From Geosiphon pyriformis uo1 (lineage: Eukaryota; Fungi; Glomeromycota), in contig JAAOMT010000483.1 of the NCBI GenBank assembly GCA_016748015.1, positions 1 through 64,000 of the forward strand: 64,000 bases of DNA, given 5' to 3'. The notes under the pieces were generated by a model, which saw nothing but the letters and a program-made list of their open reading frames with translations, had not been told where the DNA came from and made no database searches. A program made the translations under genes and the position numbers. Of the stretch, positions 41,941 through 53,145 are shown one piece after another (positions within the stretch are counted from its first letter, which is position 1; every line of letters starts with the position of its first letter).

Positions 41941-43563
41941 TTTGAGTTCCTGCTCTTTAGAGAGATCAGGAAGTGCTATGTATATTTCAGAGTTCGAATC
42001 AGAGTCTGAATCGTTGATATTCTTGTTGCCATATTGTGTGGAGCTGGAACTGGTGTTTTTGTTATCTTTTTTGTCAGAGTTAAAATTGGGATTGAAAATT
42101 GATTCTGATTCCAATGCACAGCTGCTGATTGGTTTTTCTTCTTCTGAAATTGTGTAGATTATGTGTGGTGGTGAATTGTAAATGAAGTCACACTCATTAC
42201 AATATTGGAAATCACATGGGATCAAACAGTGGTCACATAGTCTGGTGTTTATTTGGGCCAAACATTGCTCTTGTTCTTCTCTTATAGGTGCTAAAGTTTG
42301 ATAATGTTCATGAAACTTTTCTGGTTCTAGGAGATTTATGACCGGTTCTTTGTCTCAATCGAGTTTTAAGGGTTCTGGCGGGTTGTTTTTGACTTCTTTG
42401 ATTTCTTCAGGTGATGCTCCTTGAATTTTGGCAAGGGCCATTCTCCAGATTTTATCATCATTGTGTGGACAAATGTTCAATTGTTGTACTGCTCTTCTCC
42501 AGGTGGCTTCTATGGGTGTTTCTTTCCTAACCCAATTGCTGATGAGGATTATGTACTGGCATGAAATGTCACACATTCCTTCTTGACCAGGAATGTTGTT
42601 CCACATTCCTTCATCTAAGAGTGTCTCCCCATAAGCTAAACATGGTGTATTGTCCTATTTCCCCACTTGGTTTGGTCTTCCAAAGTGTTCTATAATGCAC
42701 ACGTGGCAGTAGAATTGGGTTGCTGTTGCGTATTCCTCATCGTCACCACAGCATGCATTCATTGATGACAATTTCTTGTTGCAATCAACACATATCAGCT
42801 TTGGTCAATGATAGCTCAATAATTATGGTGGTGTGTATGTATAAGGGGTGTAACTGGCAGTTGGTAGTGGCTCTTCTTCCTTTGCTTTTTCTTTCCCTTT
42901 TTCTTTCTTATCCCATTCCCAAATTGGTAGTTCTTTTAAGTCATGGTCAGTGTCTTAGGCTTGGTTTGCATTCCAGATAGGTTCTGTTCTCTTCTGTTTT
43001 CCTTTGCTGTTGTTGTCCCATAAAAGTATTGGTGGCAGTTTATTGTGTTCTTTGTCAGCCCACAAGACTTGATACACTTCCCAGGTAGGTTTTGGTTTTT
43101 CTTCTTCGAGGTCAATTAGTAGTGCTGTGGTGTTGGTAGCTTTGAAGTGACTACATGTTGCTGGTACTTGTGTGTATTGACTATTCTGGCTGAGTACTAG
43201 TTCTTGAGTCATCCAATTGAGCATGGTGTTGGTTTTGGATAGCCAGTTATTACCAACTAAAGCTTGATATTGGGTGGCTTCCATCACTAGAACTTTGATG
43301 GGTACTATAATGCCATTGACTTCAATTGAGAAGTCATTGATTTTGCCAATTGGGGTTTTGGTGGCTCTATCTGCAGTAATAATCCTGGCACTGGTAGCAT
43401 GATCAATTCGGTAACCTAATTGATTCATGAGTTGTCATGTAATGATGCTGCCTGCTGAACTACTGTCAAGGATTAATTTGATGAAGTGGCCATTGACTTT
43501 GGCATTAGTATACATGGCAGTAATCAGTTTTTCTTCAAGTACAGCTCCACTGAATAATGGCGC

Positions 43564-44559
43564 TGTTACCGAAGGTTTTTGGTCTCTTTTCTTAAATGTT
43601 GTCGATGCTTGTTTGCTGTGAATTCACATTTTCTGGATGTGGTTGAACCTCCAGTAACTGAATTTATCTTCAAATTATCTCCTATAATTTGAACTTGCTG
43701 GGCTTATGAGTGAAATGGCCAATTCCGTGCCAGTTACTTTGTATAGTTATGTTGTAGTAAACGTCAACTCTTTCCCAGGAATTGCTCATCTGGAAGCTCA
43801 CTAAATTATGTGTAGTTACTTTTGCTGTGAAAGTCAACTTTTCTACAGGAATCTTGTCTGTAGGCTACCCTAATGATTATGATAATAAAAGAAAAAAAAA
43901 TAAAAGAAAAGGAAAGAAAAAAAAGAAATGAAGAATTGATTTATTAAAATCATTTTGGATCCAGGCCTGGAAGTGTTTTAACAGTCTACTGAAATTGGTA
44001 GCTAATCAATTTCAAACTGTTAGTTGGGTTTTTGAGGATTTTCCAAGTGCAATAATTTAAAAAATTTGGTTTTTTGAATTATTTGATATTTATTTCTTTT
44101 TGTGTATGTAGGAATAGTTCTAAGTGATAAATCTAAAGTAAGATACATTTCCTCAAAGAGAGAAGCTCTTCTTTTATACAACTTGTTGTAACACTATTCT
44201 ATGAACTTGAACTTTGCTCTTTTCTACAATTTCGCTGAACTGAAAATACATTTCGGCAAACTACAGGTTATTTCTGCGAACTATTGGATATTTCAGTGAA
44301 CTATCAATTATTTCAGTGAATTTCTACAAATTTTGGCGAACTTTTTGAATGTTACATAGTTCAGGGTATTGCATGATTGATCATTACAATTAGGTTATAT
44401 TTGTGTTATGTATAAATTGGGTTATTAATTAAATGATAATTTCAGACATTTTGCTAATATACTAAGTGATAATTTGAAACAATAATATATGTTAATTAAT
44501 GATAAGAATTATAAAGATAATTTCATGCTAAATAATATCTCTAATTTTGTCTGGTAACA
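43564..44559 (-). mobile_element. Solo LTR E (996 bp, D-family) inserted in B; TSD GCGC
   Basis: TGTTACC...GGTAACA termini; GCGC at 43560-43563 and 44560-44563. Removal restores ELSNAPLFSGA. Confidence 0.92.
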
Positions 44560-46975
44560 GCGCATTTGACAGTTCTTCGAGTTCAAATGGAAAGATGGCA
44601 TCCAAAGATTCATTTTCGGTGATTGTAGCAGGTAGAATATTATTAGTAGATGGTTGTTGTTGTTCGATTTCTAGATTGCTGGATGTGGTGTTTTCTGGAG
44701 TCACCAGGAGACTTAAATAGTGTTGAAAATTCAGGTTTTGGGTGGGATCAGTACCCAAATTCTGCTGACAAGATCTTGATTGTTGGTGGGAAGAGCTGAA
44801 GATTGATTGATGTACAACCATTGCTGATTTCTAGTTTTGGGTGATCCTTAATTTTGGGTTCCCTGATGTCATTTGAGCTGAGTTTGCTGGTAGTGTTTAA
44901 ATGGTAGGTGTTTGATAGATTGCTGGTGGCTGTGGTTGATATATTACTTGTAGCTGCACCTGATAAATTGCTTGTGGCTGTGGTTGATAAACTGGAGTTT
45001 GATAAACTGGCAGTTGATAAACTGGTGGTTGATAAATTGGTTGGTGTGTCATAGACAGATAAGTGGGTTGGTATTGGTCTTGATTCGGGTGATAATTTAG
45101 AGTCTGAAACTGGTGATCAGGGTTTCTATATTGATTTCCCAATTGTGGATTGTTATAAGTATGGCAGTTGGCTCTAATGTGCCTTTGTTTACCACAGTTG
45201 TGGCAGATGCACGTCTCTGGCTGCCACAACTGATTGGATAACAATAATAGACGTGACTGATTTTGGAAACAATTCGCGTTTCTCTAATTGTTAGGCCATT
45301 AAGGAGGTTGATAAATTGTGCAATTGTTAGCTAAGTATCCCTCTAATTTCTGATTAATTGAATTACTGAATTGCTTCAATTTGGAATTCAATTCAGATGA
45401 TCCATTCATTGCTAGATTCACAGCTTGAGCATAATTAGCTTCTAGTTCAGCTCCTTCAAAATCTCTGGCATAGATGACTGCAGTTGGAAGGTCCACTGGG
45501 TGCATTGGACATACTTATTGTAGAATGCTACTGTGCAATCCTCTAATAAATTGATTTAAAATTTGTGGCACTGTGAAATAGTCAGCTTGGATGGCTTATA
45601 TTTGGCGTAGATTTCTATGAAAGCATCCCAAGTAGATAGTGACTGCTTTAGTGTCTCCTTGTCTGATAGTTGTAAAGATGTTGGCTAATTTGTTGATACT
45701 ATTATTGTTACTAAAGTACTGCAAGAATTCAGTTTTGAATCCATTAAAATTTTGGAGTTTGACAATGAGACTTTGATACCATGCATTAGTAGTATTCTGG
45801 AGAAAGTAAGAGATTACTTACATTGCTCTAGCATCATCTTAATTATTGGCTGTAATGGCTTTGGCTACATTATTTAATCAGACTTGGGCATCGTCTTCTT
45901 TACCATTGAATTTGTTGAGTTTCATGATGGGTGCATAAGCCATTTGTTGTTGCTGTGATGGTGGAAGTTGTTGTTATTGTTGAGGCAGTACTGGTAGTGG
46001 TTGTTGTTGATTCTGTGGTTGGATGGGCTGGCCAATTGGTTCAACAAGTGGTTAATCAATGATAATAACTGGAAGTAAGTATTGATTAATTACTTCAGAG
46101 TTTGGATTGTTCTGATTTGGTGGTGTTTGAATATTCGGAATGTTGTTTTTCTGATTGTCTAAATTTGGCTGGGTTTGAAAGTTCAGAGTTTCACTTTCTG
46201 GGTTTTCTAGGATTGGGTTTTGGTAAGTAAATTTGTGATCCTCAGATTCTTCTTCTTTTTCTACTTCTTGTCTTCCTTCCAATTCAGTAATTTCCCACAA
46301 ACTCACGATTCCGAAATTTGGTTGAGGTGGCAGTGATCGAAATTCTGATGGTATTAGCAATCGAGATTTAAATCTTTCAAAATACTTGCCATATAGTCCT
46401 AGTAAATCCTCTTTTCTTTGTTTACTTTGAAATAGGAAACGTCCAAATGTTAATGTCGCATTTAATGTGAATGCATCTGTTGAGAATATATTAATGGCAC
46501 TTCCAGGGGTATAGTGGTAGGATGGGTTGTTTGGGAACTCAACTCTAGTTTTCTTCCAAGTGGGTGGTTGTATCCTTTGAGATGTTACTATTGGTGTTTG
46601 TAGTTTTCCTTTGTCTTTACTTGTGTAAGTAATTGGGTATTTTTGCTGTGTGTAGTGTTCAATTTCTTTGTTGATTTCAGTGATGATGAATGTGAAATTA
46701 TGATTTGTGAGTAGGCTGGTGTTTTGAATTAATTTATTGTAAAAAGTTTCTTTTGCTGATTCAATATTCACAGATGTTCCCAACAGATAGGCAATCTTTT
46801 CATTGATGTAGAAATTAAAAGCTAATTCTGCTAATATGTGATTATGGGTTAATTCCAAATGTTAACAGTAATGTTAAAATAAGGATTTCACAAATTCTAA
46901 ATGGTTTGCTTTGATGTTTTCTGATTTTGCCACTTTTGGATGGGGTTGTTGGTGCTGGTTCTCTGTAAGATTATA

Positions 46976-46992
46976 CCTCACAGGGAGCACCA
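46976..46992 (-). promoter_or_regulatory. Primer-binding site of B (TGGTGCTCCCTGTGAGG)
   Basis: Begins with TGG 2 nt inside the 5' LTR; near-identical in A2 and C. Confidence 0.9.
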
Positions 46993-46994
46993 AA

Positions 46995-47843
46995 TGTTAT
47001 GAGTAATTATTTGGAGTGTTGAATCAAATAACAAACCCGTAACTTGGTGCTAAAAGTTATTCGTGTTGATGTTATTAATCTGAAGGTTTTGTATCTGAAG
47101 GTTTTGGTTTAAGTTCTTTGTATAATGGACAGAAATTCAATAGTTGTTTTATCCATAGCTTCCCAGGATCGCAATTCTGTCAATTTTTCTCTCAGCATGA
47201 TAGCCAGCAATTCTCTAGTAAGTATTTTGTATCTTCTGTACATGTCCTACCCTTTTGCAGGGGTCTTTTACCAGGCAATCTTTGACATCAGTAATTTAGC
47301 ACTTTATTTAACCAATTAGTGCACAACAATAAAATCAAAATAAAATAAAATAAAGAAAAAAAATAAAAGAAAATCATGAATAAGCCAAGGTGATTTTGCA
47401 AGTCAGTATCTCATCAATAGCCGTGATCAAGAGCTATTGTTCCAGTGTGTTTAAGTATCAATTACTATCAACATAGAGTGTTGATAGTGGAATTAGGTTT
47501 GAGATACCAAATAGTTATTTATTGTGTTTGGAAGGTTGTCTAGATAAAATCTAAACTTGATGATTCTTTTTTCAGCTTCCAATCCTACTGCTATATATAC
47601 ATAATTGAGATTTCTCAATTTCTCAATTCTTTACAACAGGAATCTTGGAATTCCTGGAATTCTGCAATTCTTTTGAAAGGAATTCTGGAATTTTGGAATC
47701 CTGTGATTCCTTGTGACAATCCTGTAATTTCTGGAATCCTGCAATTTTTGAGAATAATCCTGGAATTCCACATTTTACTATGTCTACTTTTGATTGGCTA
47801 ATAACTATGCTAATATATATTCTCTATATTTCTATGAGTAACA
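46995..47843 (-). repeat. 5' LTR of B (TATA 47592-47599)
   Basis: TG...CA termini, adjacent PBS. Confidence 0.95.
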
Positions 47844-50800
47844 GTGTCCAAAGAAAGATTTAATTGGGTTGATCTTAAGACCAGCATTTCTGAGCAGGTC
47901 AAAAACCTTTTGTAAATGTTTAAAGTGTTTATTCCAGGTTTTTGAGTAGACCATTATGTCATCCAAGTAAACCAGAATAAAGTTTTCTTTTACTGATTCA
48001 AACACTTTATCTATTAAGTATTGAAAGGTGGGAAGAGTATTGGTAAGACCAAAAGGCATAACTGTGAATTTATAGGTGCCATACTTGGTGATGAAGACAG
48101 TTTTCTTTCTGCTTTTTGAATTCATCTCTACTTGCCAGAATCCAGCAGTTAAGTCAATGGTTGAGAAGAAAGCAGCACTATTGAATTTATCTAGCATTGC
48201 ATCAATTTTAGGGAGTGGGTACATGTCTCTTATAGTAATGACATTTAGTTGGCAGTAGTCAACACAGAAGCATAGGGTTCTACCTTTCTTGAATACCACT
48301 ACAACTGGAAAAGCCCATTTGCTCTTGGTTTTTTGTATGAATTCAAGATCTTTCATCTGGTTTATTTCTTTCTTGATAAACTTATCATTGTGTCGATTGA
48401 ATTGATAAGGCTTTAAATAGATGAGGTGAGTTTCTTTTGTGGTAATGGTGTGTTGTATCACATGGGTTTGTCCAGAGGTATTGCCTTCTTTTAAGATAAC
48501 TGGGTTATTTTTAGCCAACAGATTTTCAATGTCCACTTTTTTTTCTTCAAGAGAAGATTCTCTTTGTTTTACAACTAATGATTGGATTTCAAATGGTTCA
48601 TTCTTAAAGGACTTTTGTACTTTTTTAAGTTCTTCTCGAGGTATCAAGCTAATTGGTTCTCAATCTTTGTAATAGATCAGGCAGAATTTGCATTCATCAC
48701 TTGGTGAATACAAAGATTTATTACATCAGCACTATGTACAAGGGCCATACCACCAATAACTGTATTTGGCTTTCTTGCCAGGTTTTCTGTTAAAGATTCT
48801 TCTGAGGATATCATAGTAAGACCAGCAGATTAGCTTGCCATTTACTATAATTCCTTCTTTGTCAGCTTTAATATTATCCAGTGGCTTGTCATTGCTGGTG
48901 AAAATGGTGTAGGCAAGTTCAGTAGTTTCTTCTTGTTCTTCTTGATCTTCATCATTGCTCTTATTATCATTTGATTTATCTGATTGTTTTTCTTCTTGGT
49001 TTTGCTTGAGTACTGGAGGGATTGTCCAATAACAGCACTTAACCACAATAGGCTTTTTACCACATCTGATGGTTAGCTTACAAAGTTTATAATTGAGTAG
49101 TGCTTTAGCTTTCTTAAGCCACTTATTGCCAACAATTATGGTGTACTTTTTTGCTTCAGATATTTCCATGTCAGTTTCAATGCTGATACCATTAATGTGG
49201 ACAGGAATAGCTTTGGCTATACCTAGATTTTTCTTTTTGTCACCATGTACATTGGTCATTGGTCTTGTGGATGGTTCATCAATCTTTCTGCCAATTGCTT
49301 CTAAAAAGTGTTTGGCAATAACACTAACAGATGATCCACTGTCCAGGATCAGGTCAATAAAATAGCCAGCCATTTGGGCTTTACAAATGAAAGAGATAAC
49401 ATTGCTGTTATTAGCAAATTCAGCTTGACAAAGGTGTTTGTTAGTCTTTGGTGTTTTTTTCTTTGGTATCAATGATTTGTGAAAATCTTTTCTGAACTGT
49501 GAATGGGTCATCAATTGACCAAATGTAATGTGTGCTAGGGTTTTCATAAGATCTTTAACAACAGAATAGGGTCCAGATTTTTGTACAATTTCTGGTGATT
49601 CCAATTTTGGAGGATTTTTAAAAACCTTAGCCTTTGGTGTCTTATTGTTATCAGCAGTTAATGTGGAGGCTTTCTTTGGATCTATAACGAAATCAACCTT
49701 GGCTTTCTTGTCAAGTCAGAGGTATTGATTGCTAGTTCATCCATGTCATGGTCATCATTAGTTAAGTTAAAGGCATAAAAGAGGTTTTCTTTTGGTTGGC
49801 TTGTACTCTCACTCTTTGGAAGTGCGCCTACCAGTTTAAAGGCTGATAAACAGTGGCTTCAACTAAGAGATCCTCTCCAAAGAAATTGATGTTAGCATGA
49901 TTAGGTTTTTGATTGGGAACATTGTTGTTAATAGTTCTGTTGTTTTGATTATCATTGTTTCTGGGAGCTGGAGGTGGCAAAGGAGGATTGTTACAGTCTT
50001 TAGAAAAGTGTTCAGTTAGTCCACAGCAATAGCACACAGGTGGGCCACGATTTTGTTGTCTTTGATATGGTGGTTATTGGGACTGATTGAAGCAGAGTTC
50101 AAATTTGAGTCTTTGGGGTTGTTGATTTTCTCTAACTGCTTGGGCCAAAGGTTCCAGTAACTGAGCAAAGTTTGCTGTAAGCCTATCTATTAACTGTTTA
50201 TTGGGGTTTTGAGTGTGAGTGGCAAAAGAAGCAGCAGCCATTTGTGGAGCTGAAGCCATGGCAGGAGCAGGAGCAAAAACTGAAAGAGTAGATCCTAGGT
50301 GCATTCTTTGGTTGTCTTCTATTCTCTGAACAAGTTCAATGGCCATATCCATTGTGGGATTATCTTTCAGGGCCAGAAGGGGCCAAAGAGCATATGAGAG
50401 ATCAGTTTTCAGTCTTTTTGTGAAAGAATGTATTTTCTGCTCTTCTGTCCAGTTTCTTCCAGAGTCTACTTGTTTAATAAGTTTTTTTATTGCTTTGGCA
50501 TATTCTGTCACAATCTCACCAGGGCTTTGAGTTTTTTTTTCTAATTCCATATGCCATTTTGAGATTAAGATGGGAGTTCTAAATTTCATTTCAAACTGGG
50601 TAGTGAAAGAGATGTTGTCTTCTTCAGCATTTGCTGGTAACCATCTAATGATTTTTTGTTGAACATTGGCATTGGTTTCTTGTGAAAACCAAGTAGCAGG
50701 AGAGCCTTGGAGGTAGCCACCAATGATTTGAAACTTGTATTCATTATCATATTGGTTTGCTGTGGCAGCTTTCTCAAAATCATCCAGCCATTCTATTGGA

Positions 50801-51410
50801 TCTTGGGCATTACCTCTAAATAATAGTAATAGGGTGTTGTTTCTTTGCCCTAAAGCAGTCTGTATGTCTTGGAAGGCAATCAAAATGTTTTGTTGCAGAG
50901 GGTCTTGAGCCATTGGTTCAGGTATAACTGTTTGTGTTGAGTGTTCTGATTTGCTTGAAAAGAGATCAAAAATGGAAGCAGTTTGATAGCTTTCTTTTTT
51001 TGTTTCAAAAGGAGTTTCAGTTGATTGATAAGCAGCAATCCAAATATGGATTTGATGATTCAGATATTCAAAATCAGGGGGCTGTTGTTCAAAGATTGTT
51101 GAGTATAAAAGTTGATTAATACTGTTGTTTCTTTCTTTACAGTTGTCTTCAAAATAAGCTTGGTCAAAGTAATAGATTGTATAAGCTGTATAGGTTTCAG
51201 CTGAATGCTTGTTCAAAAACCAGTTCCAAAAGTCTTGGAATTGTCTACTGAATTGTTCTTCAATGGGAAAGCAAATCAAGCAGGAAGACAAAGGATTGAG
51301 TTCAATAAAGTCTAGATCATTTTTGTTGTATGCTTCAAAGTGTTCTTCTGATTGTTGTGGCAGATATGAATAATCACCCATATAATAGGAAACAAAGTGG
51401 ATTTTGACAA

Positions 51411-51427
51411 CCTTACAGAGAGCACCA
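51411..51427 (-). promoter_or_regulatory. Primer-binding site of C (TGGTGCTCTCTGTAAGG)
   Basis: 6 nt inside the 5' LTR boundary at 51434. Confidence 0.85.
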
Positions 51428-51529
51428 CTTTTATGTTATGGGTTGAGGTAACAAGCTAATGGATAGCAAGGGAGAACAGGATTGTAAAGTGATGGAAATA
51501 ATCAAAGGGCTTTCAACTTCAAAGAGCAA

Positions 51530-52449
51530 TGTTACAGGTGATTATTTCTGCTGTGGAATTAAATAACAAATCTGTAACTTGGTGCTCAAAAGCTATCTTG
51601 ATTTCTGTTGAGGTTGGTATTGGTAATCTGAAGGTTTGGATATCTGAAGGTTTTAATATTTGAAGGTTTTGGGTTGAGTTTTTTGTATAATGAACAGAGA
51701 TTCAATTGTAATTGTAATAGTCTTCGGAATCGCAATTCCGTCCAATTTCTTTCTCAGCATGGAGGCCAAATTTATTCTGGCAGTTGTGCCCTTCTGGTAA
51801 GCTATCTAATAATATATAAAATTCTACCCTTATTTCTGGGTCTTTTACCAGACTATCCATGATGTCAATAACTCAGCACTTTTAATTCTTAATCAATTAG
51901 TATAAAACAACAAAGCAAAGACAGAAAAGAAAAGAAAACAAAGAAAACAAATAATATGAAATAAAGCAAATAAGCCAAGATGATTCTAATTCATATCCTA
52001 TCAATAGCTGTGATCAAGAGCTATTGTTCCAGTATGGTTAAGTATCAGTTACTATCAATATGAAGTGTTGATAGTAAAGAAAGAATTTGATATAGTGAAT
52101 AATTATTTTATTTAAGGATTGTGGTAACTAAGCTAAGAATTATTGGTGTCCATCCTGTTTTTTCTGCTTCTAATGCTACTGCTATATATATATATTTGAG
52201 ATTCCTCAATTCTTCAATTTCTTGCAACAGGAATCCTAAAATTCCTAGAATTCTGCAATTCCTAATGAGAGAAATCCTGGAATTCTGGAATCCTGCAATT
52301 TCTTGTCAGAGAATTCTGAAATTCTTGGAATCCTGCAATTTCTCTAAAAGGAATCTTGGAATTCCACATTTACTATGTCTACATCTCATTGGCTAATATA
52401 TACTGATTAATAATAATAATACTATATTTCTTATATTCTATGAGTAACA
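51530..52449 (-). repeat. 3' LTR of A2 (920 bp)
   Basis: TGTTAC...GTAACA; direct repeat of 60833-61671. Confidence 0.95.
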
Positions 52450-52462
52450 TTATTCCCTCCTT

Positions 52463-53122
52463 TTAATATTGAGCTCTGTCGAAATCTAATTTTTTTAATT
52501 CTCCCTCTTGAAGTATTTCTTGAATTTTGTTTTCGAGAATTACTTGTGTTATTTGAGTCTGTAATTCTTCAAATTGAACATTGGTGATTTTTCCCAATTG
52601 ATTACTGGTAACTGTATCTATTGCTTTGTTAAGTAGGGTTTCTGGTCAATCCTGAAATGCTGTGTGTATCTGGTATATAGCTTAAGCTTGTGTGGATAAG
52701 TTGTTTTTCCCCACAAAATGTTCTAGTTGTTGTAGTATTGTTGTGTCAAATAACCACTTTGTTTTATCTGTATATAAGTTCTGAATATTCACGTGTTGTC
52801 CCAAGTAAAAATAACAATAATTTTTTGGAAATTGTTGTGTCCACTAAGTCCAAGTTTCTCTGGTAAGTTCTTGGTGTAATTTGACTATTTGTTATTCTTT
52901 TATGGCCAATTTTATCTTGGTTATGATCTTGTTAACAACATTTTCAAGTTTTTTCTGTGCTTTGTTTTGTGGTATCTTTGCCATATTTTTGTAATGAATG
53001 ATTTGTTGATTGATTGTAATTTCCATCTCCTGGTATTGGATTAATTGAAAATTTTGTTGGGCTAGTAAATAGATATTGTCTGTAATTTCCATTTTTCTGA
53101 TTTCTTCTGTTGCGTTAATCAT
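52463..53122 (-). pseudogene. ORF3 of A2
   Basis: MINATEEIRKMEITDNI...LDFDRAQY*; 660 nt, homologous to ORF3 of B. Confidence 0.75.
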
Positions 53123-53145
53123 GTTCTTATATATTCTTTTGTTAA

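Larger units (their letters stand above)
39756..46933 (-). pseudogene. gag-PR-Cys-rich-dUTPase-RT-RH polyprotein of B (interrupted by solo LTR E)
   Basis: Fragments 46858, 45505, 45244, 44821 and (after correcting for the 1000-bp insertion) 43428, 42606, 42261 share one frame. Knuckle CHNCGKQRHIRANC; RT RFCVDYRKLN; RH ITTDASG. Confidence 0.9.
36768..47843 (-). mobile_element. Element B: full-length dUTPase-bearing Ty3/Gypsy inserted in the RT of C; TSD GCAT/GTGT (from GCGT)
   Basis: 849-bp LTRs 36768-37616 and 46995-47843; PBS 46976-46992; PPT 37617-37631. Confidence 0.95.
36083..51381 (-). pseudogene. gag-PR-RT-RH polyprotein of C (51381-47844 and 36763-36083; split by B)
   Basis: Gag ORF 50074-51381, knuckle CYCCGLTEHFSKDC, PR ILDSGS, RT with intact YLDD (47832-48647). 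Removing B restores FFGRQSTQFLGH. Confidence 0.9.

Noticed and set aside
46996-47290. Protein-coding ORF in LTR U5 running into the PBS (...HQVTGLLF...IWCSL*)
   Set aside because: Frame is not conserved between B and A2 upstream, all four copies share a TGA, and the apparent ATG derives from CpG decay.
47406-47507. Hammerhead ribozyme in the LTR (sense TTGATGAG resembles CUGAUGA)
   Set aside because: No GAAA after the partner stem and no UH cleavage triplet in the required positions.
47635-47772. CRISPR-like repeat array
   Set aside because: Degenerate units with no unique spacers, inside eukaryotic LTRs, and no cas genes.
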